NCBI RefSeq assembly: GCF_009834535.1
Contig: NC_045697.1
Span: forward strand, 61,878,001 to 61,942,000
Origin: Camelus ferus
Taxonomy: Eukaryota
Direction: 5' to 3'
Length of the DNA: 64,000 bases
The number at the start of each line of letters is the position of its first letter. Within the stretch, counting starts at the first letter, position 1. A model generated the notes under the pieces. It searched no databases. It worked only from the letters and a program-made list of their open reading frames with translations, and had not been told where the DNA came from. Position numbers and translations under genes: made by a program. Shown here piece after piece: positions 13,923 to 26,395 of this stretch.

Positions 13923-14442
13923 TCATTGAGTTGTGAGTTCTTTATATATTCTAGATCTAAGTCCTTTATTGGATACATACTTAGTAAATATTTTTCCCAG
14001 TCTGTGATTTGTCTTTTCATTTTCTTAATAGTAAGTAGCTTTGGAAGAGCAGAAGCTTTTAAGTTTGTGGAGTCCAATTTAAGAACTTTTTTCCTTTATG
14101 ATCCATGCTTTTTGTGTTCTATCAAAGAATACTTTGTTTAACCCACCATCATGAACATGTTCTTCTATGTTTTCTTCTTGCATTTGTATAGTGTTGGTTT
14201 CACATTTATGTCTGTGAACTATCTTAAACTAATTTTTGTTTGTGGTGTTAGGTATGAGTCTAAGTTCATTCTTTTGCACACTGATGTCCAATTGTCTCAG
14301 CACCACTTGAAAAAACTATCCTTTCTGCATTGAATTACCTTGGCACCTCTGTAGAAAATCAATGGACCATATACAGGTGGGCTATTTCTGGACTGCCTCT
14401 TCTGTTCCACTGATCTATGTGCCTGTTCTTTTGCCAATGCCA
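13923..14442 (-). mobile_element. L1 ORF2 3' region, inverted segment of a 5'-inverted L1
   Basis: Minus-strand translation 'KKMKRQITDWEK...DLEYIKNSQLN' resembles the ORF2 C-terminal region; abuts the + strand segment below. Confidence 0.85.
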
Positions 14443-14444
14443 GT

Positions 14445-15219
14445 CACTTCTCCAAAGAAAAAGTATGGATGGAATATAAGCCCATGAAAATATTCTCAAC
14501 ATCATTACTCATTAAGGAAACATACATTAAATCTACAATGTGATACTACTACACACCTATAAGAATGACTAAAATAAAAAAAAATTGGAATTACAAAGTT
14601 CTAGTGAGAATGTGGAGCAGCTAGAATTCACATACATTGCTGGTAGGAATGCAAAAGGGGACCATTACTTTCAAAAAGAGTTTGGAAGTTAAAGTTTAAC
14701 ACATGCTTATCCATATGACCCACCTCTAGATCATCAAGAAAATGGATGCATATATCCACACAAAAACCTGCACGTGAACTTTTAGAGCAAATTTCATCAT
14801 AACCACCAGATACTAGAAACAACCCAAATGTTCATTAAATGGTAACTGAACAAACAAATTCAAGCACATCCATACAACATACTCAGCAGTAAAAAAGAAT
14901 AAAATGATACACTCAATAACATGGATGAGTCTAGAAAGCAGATTATGCTCAGTGGAAGCAGCCACACTCAAAAGACATTAAGGAAAAGGCAAAACTGTAG
15001 TAACAGGAATTAGTAGTTGCCAGAGGCTAGAGTGAGGGAAGGGGATTGACTAGTAAGGGGCACAAGAAAATCTGGGGGTAACAGAAATATTCGCCATCTT
15101 AACTATGATAATTACACAACTGTATACATTTGTCAAAACTCAGAACACTAAAAAGGGGAGATTTTACTTTATGTAAATTATACCTCAAACCTGACTAAAA
15201 AAAAAAAAAAAAAAAAAAA
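14445..15219 (+). mobile_element. L1 end of ORF2 plus 3' UTR (L1MC/L1MD-like) with poly(A)
   Basis: 'cacttctccaaagaa...tgtaaattatacctcaaacctgact' followed by A23 (15197-15219). Confidence 0.85.
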
Positions 15220-15959
15220 CGCCGGCAGATACAAGATTAGCCTGAGAGAAGGAAAAGCTCTCAGGCCTCAGGTGCCAGCCGTTGGATTAATATTGTTTTA
15301 TGTTAATTAAATTTATTAATATAACTCTGTGATAAGAGTACCTGTCTTTTAGTTTCGATATTCCCAGGACAGATGAGAGCAAGGGAAATATGCCAACCTA
15401 GCAAAATTCTATGAAACTAATTATCTCAGGAATTTGAGTAAGAATGAATCAACACAGGTGTTACACTCCAATAACAAATTAAAAATACCAGCCTACAGAG
15501 AGATTTTATAATATACCCACAAGAGTTTGCTGCTTTGCTTGAACCTCATGAATAAATTAGGGTTTGGGTTTATTTTGAGATTTTGCCACCTTAATTCATT
15601 ATCCAGTATAGAAACTGGAGCTCTTGGTATTGGCTGCATTTCCTTGTTACTGAGTCTTCCCTTGTTTCTTTTGATACTCTGGCCAACGGCTGCTGCTGCC
15701 CATGGTGTCTGAATGGTAACTCTCCTCTGTAGAACTGACAACGTCCAAGAGCTTTAGTCAGTCCAATCCAACGGAGCGCATCAAAACAGTCACTCGAGCA
15801 GCACAGCCCTAAACTACCTAGTTTGACATGGCAGGTGCCAGAAAATGACAAGCTCTGATTCTTCTAGTTCCGCCCCAGTCACAGAGACAATGACATCTAC
15901 CAAAACTAGGCAGTGTCAGAGCAGGTAGGCCATGCTGGCCTTGTTACTCAATCACCCTC

Positions 15960-16390
15960 ACTCCCCAGCTCCAGCCTTCCTCTCTAATACTATCTCCTGA
16001 TGGCCCCGCCCCATTCCGGCTCACCCTCACCCCACCCCACGTCCATTCCTCTACCTCCACTAGAGACCACCGAGTCATCTCTCTCTAGGCACGCCAGACT
16101 ACTGCACTCGCCACAGACCCACTGGGCATTTCCTCATTTTTGCTCCTTTATTCATGTATCTGCAGCTCAAATGCCTATCCCATGAAAAATCTTCATCTAT
16201 GGAAGTCTTTCTTCAAGGCCCAGCACAAAGGCCATCTCCTCTATGAAGCCCTCCTGGCTCCTCCAATCAAAATGATTCCCTATGTCTTTTATTTCTTCAT
16301 GGCATTCCTCCTCCCTGATGTCCGTTTTCACCTTCAATGCCTGTCACGTGCCCTTCACAGAGTAAGGGAGCAGTCAACCTTAGTGTGATT
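15960..16390 (+). mobile_element. L2 LINE 3' fragment
   Basis: 'ttcttcaaggcccagcacaaaggccatctcctctatgaagcc' and terminal 'cacagagtaagggagcagtcaa'. Confidence 0.6.
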
Positions 16391-19300
16391 GGACTGGACT
16401 TAGGCCTATCACATGAAATCTCTCACTTTCCCCCACCTCCGATATTTCCAGATAGAATAATGCCTTAAATCTGACTCATTACAAGACAACAGAAAGTTTC
16501 TGTGAGAAAATTTTCACTCTGATATTAAGATTGTGAACATAGACCTACAAAAGAAAGGGCAAAAGAAATTCACTCAATTCAAATATTGTCATATTGAGCA
16601 AAAAATAATTGACTTGCTGAATTCAACTGCTTTAAAAAAAAAAAAAGAAAAAAACTTTTCAATAGCCATGTTGATCTATGTGTGCAGACATAGACTAATG
16701 TTGCAATTAGGCATTCCAGAACATGTCTTCCCATCTTTAATCCATCATGTCAATTTTGAGATTACTTCTTACAAAGGATTTCTATGTTTCCTCGAAAACC
16801 AACAGGATATGAAAATGTTAAGAGACTTTTTTTATCAGAGAAAATGTACTGCCTTTATTTTGTCTACAATCTTGTCTTCCTCCAAACTTCCACCTGCTGG
16901 TTAGAGAAAAATAAATTAACTAAATGTCTAACCTGGTTTAAATTTAGTCTGATCCAATAATTTAAACCACCGCTTTAGGGAATACTCAGTCTCTCCTGAA
17001 TAAAATCACTCCATCTTTCAAACAGCCTTCCCCTCCTGCTGCTTCTCTCCCTATGGTGGCAATGAGAGGGGTAGGGGAGTAAGGCAGCTTAAGTGTCCTG
17101 CTGCTGTCACACCAGCCCTGTTAGCTCCAGACTCAGCATCCTCATTAACGGGAAATGAGAGACCCTCACGAGTGCCAACCTCAAGAGATTCTCCCCCCTC
17201 TTAACTATGACTATCCCATGTTGGTGCTGGCCCTTTCAGAGTCTCAAAACAAAAACCTGCTATTCTTACTGGGTGTCCTTCCTACTCTAGGTCAAAAAAA
17301 AAAAAAAAAAAAAAGAGAGAGAGAGAGAGAAAATACCTGACTGACCACCTCACTTGTTTCTCTCTTCTGTCCTACCTCTACTCTCTCTAGGAACAGAAAG
17401 TCTAAGTGAATTGCTCTACTAGCCCCCATCTTCAACCCCTTCCTCAGCCTACCATGCCTTTACTAACTTCGATTACTCTTCCTATTAATATATAAGCCAC
17501 GGTCATGATCCTATGAAAATCTAGGACTTCATGACCCCTGTAAGCCTGTGGCCCACAATTCAGATCTCTTATTAGAGATCTTGTTTTAGTTTGCCGTTGG
17601 TTCAGGCTGATGGTGGGCAAATACCTCAGCCATGTCTACTAAATATGAATGAACATGCCACAATAGAATTGCAATGTCCAGTGACAAGCTGTCAATTTTC
17701 CTCAGACAAGCATCACAGTTATACAGACACTGTGTTAAAATGCCTTTGAGTCAAATGCACATTTGACCTTTCCATATCTGTCTATCACAGGTTCTTCCAG
17801 AACTCTCCCCAGTTTGGGCTTCCTCATCACTGCCCGGCTTCACCTGAACATGATCCTTTTTGATGTTACCTTTACCCTCTGCACTACAGCACCATAGCCC
17901 TTATAGCACTAGCTTTTTAAAAAATTTCTCTCTTACAATTCTCTTTTCTTGGAAAATGAGAATTCTCTTACACTGCTTTGAGACTGGCTCCAGCATTGCC
18001 AGAAATTCCAAACCCAGAAGTTCATCTCAACCTTCCCTTCTCTATTCCTCTGTGTCTCTTCTCGAATCAGCTGGTAGACCTCCTCCAGGACCATTGACTC
18101 TCCTGGAACCTGGAAGGCCCACCTTACAACTCCTTGTGACCTTAACTCTTGCAACCCAGAAAGGGGACTCTGGGCTGGCTTCAACTTTCTTAGGTCTCAG
18201 TGTGAGCCCTTCCATCTACTGCAACCTCTATTCAAATGCAGTTCTTGAAATGAATTCATACCTTGTCTTCCAACTTTTAAAACCTATACCTTATTCGTTC
18301 ATCTCTGACATACTCACAGGGACTATTTCCTAGCCTGACAGTCAAGGAATCTGGAAACCTCTTCTGCCTCCAGCACAAACTAGCCACATGACCTTGAAAG
18401 TGTCTTATGACCTTGAGCGGGTCTTCTCACACTTAGGAGCCTCAGTAGATTCATCTTTAAATTAAGAAGGGCTGGAGTAAGTGATTGCCAAGGCTCATTT
18501 CTACTCTGTAGTGCCATTAGCTTCAATAAATTTCTCTCTTCTTTAAATGTGATTCTTTGCATTCAATTGCAGGAAATAACAATGAGAACTTTCCTTTCCT
18601 CTTTGCACACCTGCTGCACCTTTAAATTAGGACAAATCACAAGCAAAGCTTCCTACAATATAACTTTCTTTCCTTTCCAAATGTTAATTGACTCCTTAAC
18701 AGGTGTGTTTTACCCTGCTCTCCACTCCAACATTTTAAAGAATAGTATTTCTATCACATTACCCAGAGCCTGCCAGCTTCATTATTAAAAATGAAGCAAT
18801 CAACATTAACAGAGATAAATGAATACAAGAAACTATTTTTATTCAATGTCCAATTTTATTAGGACAGTGTATACATCTGTATACCAGCCAAGAGCACACA
18901 TTTTCTTTCTTGAATCTTTTTTTTCACTGTCACACCTATTTACCAAATTCAACACTGACCATTCTAGCTCTCAGAATATGCTTCCAAATTCCTAATTTGC
19001 TCACTAGTTGCACTGTCTTCTGAAATCTCCTTCAGTCTTTGTAGGAGTTTTGTTGTTACTTTTTTGTTGTCACTATTGTTAATTTTTCATTTCTTTAAGA
19101 CATATACTCTACGGTCATTTTATTCTGGTTGACTTCAAATCCCTTTGTCTCTGTGAAGTTTTCAAAAAATAAGTTGTCCTTTGTATTACTTGTCATTACA
19201 TTAAAACCTATCATTTTGATACAATTAAGTATTTCATCCAAGATAGTCAAAGTATGGAAAAATTCTGATTTTCTTACACAGGTACTGTAAGTTCAATCCT

Positions 19301-20099
19301 TACTTATAATCTATTTTTATGGATGGTAGAAAGGTTGACATAGAATTGTTTTACAATACTCACATAAGGAGTTGGTCCACACTCTGGTTGTATCAAACAA
19401 CTGGTTAATTCAACGAAGTTGCCCAAAAATAGCAAATCAATTCAGTGAAAAGAAAATCAATCACAGAGGTTGTTTGGTTGTTTTGTAGACAAAACAGCCA
19501 GTGGAGTGATTGAATTTTTCACTTTTCAATGAGTTGTTTTGGCCTTGTGTGGATGCAGCCATTAACTCATTAATCACCCAGAACTCTTGAGTGGCTGAGA
19601 GAGGAAATCATTACTTTCCAAGCATAGATCGCATATTAACAATATGCAAAAGGCCTGGCAGGGTGACTGTGCTCAATGACCCCATTTGACAAAAATGAGT
19701 TTCACAAATATTTTATAGCATATGGAGGTAAACTGTACCTGATTTATCATTTCACTTTCCAACTGCAAAACTCTGTGTCCTTTAGTGTAAGTTTACAGAG
19801 AATTTAATGCATTTGAAATGTATTCATTTAATCCTTACGTTAAAGTGAATTTTAATTCATAGAGCACTAAAAAATAATCTTACAACATATTGGATTTCCC
19901 TACAAGGATTTTATGCAATATCAAAATAGAGGAATTCTGCACACATCACAACTAGCTCCTATCCATGCAGTATACATATATATGCCATTCTGATAAATAT
20001 GTGTATCTTCCCATATGGTGTTGAATGTTAGCTTCTAATTTACCTCTTAATTTTTAATTAATTTTAAATTACATTCTAAATGAAGCCAACAGGAGTCTA

Positions 20100-20149
20100 A
20101 TTTGCATGCTTATTTGCATATCTGTAAACACACTGCTTGCATTGTTTAT
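20100..20149. promoter_or_regulatory. Candidate enhancer core: two octamers plus forkhead and Sox-like sites
   Basis: ATTTGCAT at 20100-20107 and 20112-20119, TGTAAACA at 20123-20130, CATTGTTTAT at 20140-20149, in apparently repeat-free DNA. Confidence 0.35.
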
Positions 20150-22147
20150 CTAGTCCCTGTCCCCATGACATGCAGAGGTTTTTCTCACACCATGCTGCAA
20201 ATTGAGGCCATGGAAACATCAAGGTGCCCTCTAAGACTTCCAGAGAAGATTCTGATCCAGAATGGAAGATACTGACTCTCTTTTATCCATAGTGGCCACA
20301 GAGGATTTTAAGAGGCCAAGGTCAGTAATAGTAGTTAAGCCCTCTGCTTTCTCAGAGGTCTAACAGTACATGGGCTACATCTTAAGAAAATAAAACTATA
20401 CACTTTTTGCACACTTTGGATTTTTAAAACATATAATGCCCAGAACTCCTGAATTATTAACACTAAATCAGAAAAAAAAAAATCACATCCTATTTATGTC
20501 TCTGGTTTGATGAGTTCCTAACCCAACCCAACCAGAAGAAGGCAGCACAGAGCAAAGGCAGTTTCCTCTGTGATGAGCAATGGATAATGATTTTCTTTGT
20601 CTGAATAGGCTGTTCCAGCAGCACTAATGGCAGCTGTGGTCTGTGATGGTCTCACAACACCACACCTGCAACCCTAGTCAATCAATATACAAGTCACCTC
20701 AAAGACCCTTCAGAGCCTGACAAACAGTTTGGGATTCAAAGGGATTTGTTGCCTTCCTACACACAAACTGTACAGTCAGACAGGACTGCAGAGGTACTTC
20801 TCCCTCTTGGAGGCACTGTGATTTCCCTCTTTATTAATGGCTTCAGTAAGCTAAGGTATCACAGTTAACAATCCTGACCTGCTGTTAGAAAAGCAAGCAC
20901 CACACTGCAAGCTGAAAGAGTTGGGTGATCATGTTTAGGGTCAAACCCACCCAATTCCTAATCCCAGCTTTTTTACAGTCCAACTCTGTGACCTTGGGCA
21001 AGGTCCTGAACTTCTCTGAAGCTGTATTACCTCCATGTAACAGATAAACATTTTAGAAATGATTATCTTTCAGGGTTGTTGTAAAGACTAAACGAGATGG
21101 AAATCTCCTGGAACATTTTTTTCTTATTTTTCCTTTCCTCTCCAACAGAAATAGATATCAAGTCCCACCCCTGGCAGATGTTAAATGTGGTACCTCATGG
21201 CACATAAAAGGAACAGATTAGACCTGTGGGAACTGTATGCAGTTCTCTTGATCTTTACTTCACTAAGACCACCTGCTTTCTTGTTTCTATAGACTTCCAT
21301 GGCTGCCCTATCAGGAGACAGACTTTCCCTTTCACCTAAGTGTTTATCAAAATCAAGCCAGACCTCAGTGGACCAAACGTAATATTAAATGTGTCAAAAT
21401 GATAGTCTTTACAGCTGGACTGTCATCATATAATCAATCAATCAGCCACAAGAACAGCAACACTTCTACAAAGAGCAGAAAAACATTCTTCCTTCTGAAA
21501 TAGCCAAGAGTCATTTACATCAAACACTGGGGCTTAAGTTGTTGTGCTTGGTCATTCTGTATAGTGAACTGGTACTGCACATGAGGGCCTGCTTGATGCC
21601 CCTGTAAGGGAGAATAACATCACACTCACTGACTCTACCCCATGACCAAAGATTGGAGTCAACCAGAAAGAATGCATGCAATTAGATGTAGAAGTGTAAA
21701 TATTTAAAGGAAATCACAGCAAAGATAAAAGAGATCAGACAGAAAACTAGCTGACTAGAACATACACCACAAGATCACACACAATTATGATAACTGGAAC
21801 CTCAGTTCAGTTCTAAGCTTCTATATACCGAAACAAAAAGATAACTTAATCTACTAAAGAAATACACTCCACGTGAAATAAAGCAATACCTGTTGCCCAG
21901 AAAAGTGATGTTTTCAGGTACTAAAGTCTTAGAGACATGTCTGTCATTGGTCCCCATGAAGGACAATCTATGAGTTTGAAACTGTTTACCTACAAATTTA
22001 TCTTATATCTCTATGCCTTTTAAATAGATAAAAGACTCAAAATTAATCTCTCAGTCCTCTCTGCTCCTTTGGCATTTTTTGCTCTCTATAATGGCACTTT
22101 CATAGAATGCCTTGATTCAGGGGAAAGTAACACATCTTGGATACTCT

Positions 22148-22245
22148 AGGGCTGCCGTGTACAGCTGCCCAGACTATGCACTGCATTAACCTAGAGCATG
22201 GTGAGTGGCACCCCCTGGGGGCCGTATGACACAGCTTGCAGCACC
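22148..22245. mobile_element. MER91-like non-autonomous hAT element
   Basis: 'agggctgccgtgtacagctgcccagactatgcactgca...ggcaccccctgg' recognised from memory. Confidence 0.5.
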
Positions 22246-24817
22246 CAGCACAGTGCCTTGCCTACAGAAAGCACTCAATGTTTTCTTTATTACCCGAACA
22301 TACTTGATATAAACAAGCAGTAAATGTAGTAAAGCACACGGTCACTGCCCAGATGTGCATTCTAACTCTTCCAGTTGCTAACTGTAAAATCTTCGGTGAG
22401 TTACCTAACCTCTTAGCACCTCTGTTCCTCTTCTATAAAATGGAGACAGTAAAAGTATACACCTAATAAGATTAAATACATTTGCACATATAAAGAACTT
22501 ACAATGGCCCCTGGTACATTCAGAATTGGTATTTTATTTTAATGTTCTCAATAGAATGTCAAATTGTTACACTCTTCCTAAAAAGTACCTTTAAGTAGGA
22601 ATACCACAATGACACAATACCTTTGGTAGTCTGTATTTCTAACAGACCACAGTAAGGGTGGGGGAGGAGATTAACCATGTTAATCACCTACTATATGCCA
22701 GGCATTAAGCAATATTTCATATATCCTTCAGTCCTCACTACTGTCCTATGAGACAGGAGTATTCTTCATGCCCTAGAACAAGCTAACCCAGCCTGGGAGT
22801 GCAAAGTGTGTCACATCCTCAGTAATCATCTTGCTGTCATCAGTTAGCACAGAATACAACCCCTATAAAATTCCTACATACATCTCTCTCTGTCTCCAAG
22901 GCTTTCGCACATTGGTTCATGCACAAAACCAGTTGGTCAGATACCTCTTGGCATCTCCCAGATATCACTCCCCCTTCTGCCTGGCACAGATCACTAAGGA
23001 ATGGCTACCAGTTCTGTCCAGAACTGCCACCTTTGCTGGACACAGGCCCTTCTGCTGTGTACCAGTATACACACCAGGCACCACCACTGCTGGCAGGATC
23101 CCTTGGCATCTTCCACTGGGCACCAGTTGTCCACCAACTAGCAGTGCCTCTCCCCCTGCACTGCTGCACTGCTTAAGTTCTAATAGGGGAATGTAGGAGG
23201 AATGTCTCTCTCCATTTTGGGTCTTTACCTCCCGCAGAAGAACAGCCAAACTGGAATGCTTGTGCCTTGATGGTTCCCATTTCTTAAGAAATTACCTCTT
23301 TAGACTCTTTACCTTCAGCCTTCTCTGTTTCCATAACCCAGATAAATGGGAGCTAGGTCACGGATGGATGTACCTGAAACTGTTGGCTATGCAGAGAATT
23401 GCCCTTCCCTCTGGATCCTAGGGTTTACCACTAATCTAGCCTACAAGATATTTTACAGTTTGAAAAATCTTTGAGAGCACCATAGTTACTTTATTAATTA
23501 AAAAAAATACATTTTTCCCTAATATATCTATGTCTGTAGTAAGGATAGAAAATATGCAAGTATATGCTACATTTATCTGTGTGTCACTGCACCCCATATT
23601 GGAAAGAATACTACAATCTTCAGAATCAGGGGAAATGTAAGGATCATGCAATAAAGACAATGCCTGGAATAACAGAAGTATCAACTCTGAAACCAAAAAT
23701 ATGTGGGTTTTATTCCAGGTCTGTGCCTTTGAGTCCATCACCTCACCTCACCTTCATCATCTACAAAATTGAAATAATATCAACCTTGTGAAATCCAAGA
23801 TACAAAATTACTGAAATGCCTGGCATATAGTAGGTGCTCAATAAATGGTGACCCCCCCCCCATTATCATCACTTTATCTTCTTTGGCTATGTACTTTGGT
23901 AGCTCTAGGTCACGAAAAGTGGCTAACCATTAAAGAACTATATTTGCTCCACAATTATTTATGGAGTGTCTCCTACATGTAACCCTCTGTTAGCTCATGG
24001 GGATACAAAGGAGAACAAGATCAGCAAGGTTCATGGAGCCTCCATTCTAGGTGAGAAGATATAAAATAAACAAGTAAACTAATGAGTAAGTGATATTATT
24101 ATAGACTGTTATTAGTGCCCTGAAGCAAATGTATAAAGATGTCAGGGACAGAGAACAGGAAGTCTACAAAGAGTTTCAACCATAGTCATGAAATTACCTA
24201 ATTGATATTTCTAACAGATCAGTGTGACAGTTTGGAGTGACTAGATTGGAAGGCTGAACATATGAAAATGAGTAATACAAGTCACTCTGCTCTGCTACAA
24301 GAGGGCAACATACAATAACCCTGACTGACTTCAAAATAGTCTTCAAAATGATAAATGAACAATTTATTTGTGTAAGGGGTGTGTCATTCAGATTCTTTAG
24401 GGGTAAAAAGTTTCTTTATTATGGGAACTAGTTAAGTTAATGAAATAGTTCCCATCTCCAGCCTAAATCACGGGGAATACATAAGAAGACTCCAAAGTCA
24501 CAGATGAAGGAGAGTTGTGCCAAATTTGGAATAAAGAGATTTAGAAGCTGCCAGCAGGCTCAGGGCACAGATTTCACATGGCACAGGAGGGGAAAATAGT
24601 GAGTAATGCCAGCTAGGTCTGGCTAGGTCTGGCAAGGAAGGAGCCAAGACCAGCTCTTAACAGAAAGCTGAGCTTGGTCATTTGATTTCCATTAGCATCA
24701 CATTAGTCTCTTCACCTTAGGGGCAATTTTACACAATCTGAGAAGCCTCTAACACACAAACACATATGATACATATGTGATACATGTATAAGATCAAGTT
24801 AATTTAGTTCATTAGTT

Positions 24818-25036
24818 TTATTCCTCCCCAGTTTTATTAAGATATAATTGACATATAACATTGTGTAAGTTTTAAGCGCACAACATAAGGATTCAATATA
24901 TGCATATACTGTGAAATGATTGCCACAAAAAGTGTAGTTAACATCCATCACTGGATGTTACATTTCACATAGTTACAAATTTCTTTTTCTTGTGATAAAA
25001 ACCTTTAAGACCTACTCTCTTAACAGCTTTCAAATA
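24818..25036 (-). mobile_element. 5'-truncated L1 3' end (L1MA9-like) with TSD
   Basis: 'ttttattaagatataattgacatataacattgtgtaagttt'; perfect 12-bp TSD agttcattagtt at 24806-24817 and 25037-25048. Confidence 0.88.
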
Positions 25037-25882
25037 AGTTCATTAGTTCTATAAATAATTTTTCTAAAATGCAGAGTTCTTGCAAAAATAATATAGCCCA
25101 TTAGAAAAAGTTAACAGAGTCTACACTGTTAAGAGAGTCTACACAGAGAGCCCCATCTCTCAATTTCTAGGATTATGAGTACTTTGAATAAAAAATAAAT
25201 GTGTTTCTTTGTCAGGAAAGTATCACTGCACAATAATCCATTAGGAGACTGGATTATTTTAACAGATGAGTTTCATTAAACTGGAAGGGCCCTGAGGGGA
25301 TGAGTCTCTTAAGAGTTAAGCTTTGATGAGGGAACAGTAAGGAGCCAGGAAGGGTGGATATGAATGAGGCGTGAGCATCAAGGTCCCGAGGTCCCAGCAG
25401 CACAGGTCCAGCGGTACCTAAAGGTCATAGAAAAGAGGCTGCAACAGAGGGAAGGGGCAGGACAAAATTCACCTCCGTAATACTGTGTTCAAAGGCAGTC
25501 CCACCAATACTCTACCTCCTGTTTTCTGTGGTGTCTGTTTGTTAATTGTCTGTTTCCCATAGTCGATCTAGAGACACAAGAGACAGATTCTATCTTCTCA
25601 TTCTAATCCCATCCTTCAGATACAAGGAGCCACCAACAAAACATGTTCTTGAAAGGTCAAATTTAGACTGGAATAAAATACTGGGGAAAAAATTAAAAGC
25701 TAAAGTAGCTTTAGCTTTTTTTGTAGTTCCTATGAAATCAAAAGCAAGAACCAGCAACATGTACTTGACAGAACATGAAGTCTTGTGCTCTCTGCAGGGA
25801 GAGATGAGGTGATTCTTTGGATGCTGATCAAAATTCCCTGCCTCCCTCTGGGTAGCTGCTGAACGTTACAATGGCAGGAGAG

Positions 25883-25900
25883 CTGCGCCATCTTGTGGGA
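25883..25900 (-). promoter_or_regulatory. CTCF-binding motif
   Basis: Minus strand TCCCACAAGATGGCGCAG matches the core CCASYAGRKGGCRS at 13 of 14 positions. Confidence 0.55.
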
Positions 25901-26139
25901 AGATACATGGCATCAGCACTCACCCGCAGAGGCTTTTTCCTCCTTACACACACACACATTCACATGCACTTGCCTTTTTCAAGGAAGATTTGAGAACAAA
26001 ACCCAAAGCTGAGTTGACAAGTACAAACGTACCATAAATTAAAGGTATTCTCTGGAAAGTTTCACAACAAGTTAATTTATAAATGAAAAAGATTGAAATG
26101 CAGTATCTTCCTTATATCCTTAATTTTTCAGAAAGAATT

Positions 26140-26395
26140 ATAATAATATCTGATAGTTATTGAATGTGTACTCTGTGTATTTACTCAGGTAAGTACTATC
26201 TAGGTACTTAATGTGTATTAATACATGTCATCTCACAAACACCCTATGAAATATGACTATTACCATCCCATTTTACAGGTGAGGAAACTGAAACCGAGAG
26301 GTTCAGTAACTTGCCCAAAGTCACGTAGCTGGTAGGTGGCAGAGCAGGAATATTACCATGATCTTGAGCTGGTAAGCACTATGTTAGGCTGCTTC
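26140..26395 (-). mobile_element. MIR SINE
   Basis: 'cccattttacaggtgaggaaactgaaaccgagaggttcagtaacttgcccaaagtcac'. Confidence 0.9.
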
